Below, one piece after another: positions 63,881-64,000 of a DNA stretch of 64,000 nucleotides. The stretch is from the NCBI GenBank assembly GCA_052327205.1, contig CM126202.1:80104001-80168000 (forward strand), in the 5' to 3' direction. The translations under genes were made by a program, and so were the position numbers. Within the stretch, counting starts at the first letter, position 1, and each line of letters begins with the position of its first letter. This stretch comes from Somniosus microcephalus (taxonomy: Eukaryota). Below the pieces are notes generated by a model. That model searched no databases, was not told where the DNA came from, and saw nothing but the letters and a program-made list of their open reading frames with translations.

Positions 63881-64000
63881 AAAAATAGGGACATGGAAAG
63901 GAACAGTAGAGATAATGTAAAACCTAATATAAATCAATGTTTAGAACACAGATTTTAAAAAATCATTCTCGGGACATGGGCATCACTAGCAAGGCCAGCA

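Overview
Vertebrate genomic DNA, most likely from a cartilaginous fish, as inferred from the repeat families (Deu-domain SINEs, LF-SINE-like copies, CR1/L2/Tx1 LINE fragments, Penelope-like remnants). The window holds the 5' half of PAX5 on the minus strand. Two alternative first coding exons are visible: 1A-like at 54399-54438 (METNGSALRSVRS/G) and 1B at 42004-42046 (MEIHCKHDPFAAMH/R). They are followed by exons 2-5 (paired domain, octapeptide [13 protein letters not shown]), all with GT-AG sites in consistent phase. Intron 5 runs off the start of the window and exon 6 was not found. Intron 5 carries unusual repeat architecture: a >9 kb 28-bp satellite, two inverted GC-rich MITEs with 3-bp TSDs, and a ~3.5 kb foldback with perfect 69-bp outer arms whose inner 28-bp minisatellite resembles the LF-SINE 3' end. 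The exon 1B promoter has six CCAAT boxes at 29-31 bp spacing beside a PBX/PREP decamer. There is a 608-N assembly gap. Almost all ORFs in the supplied track are artefacts of repeats or of the gap.
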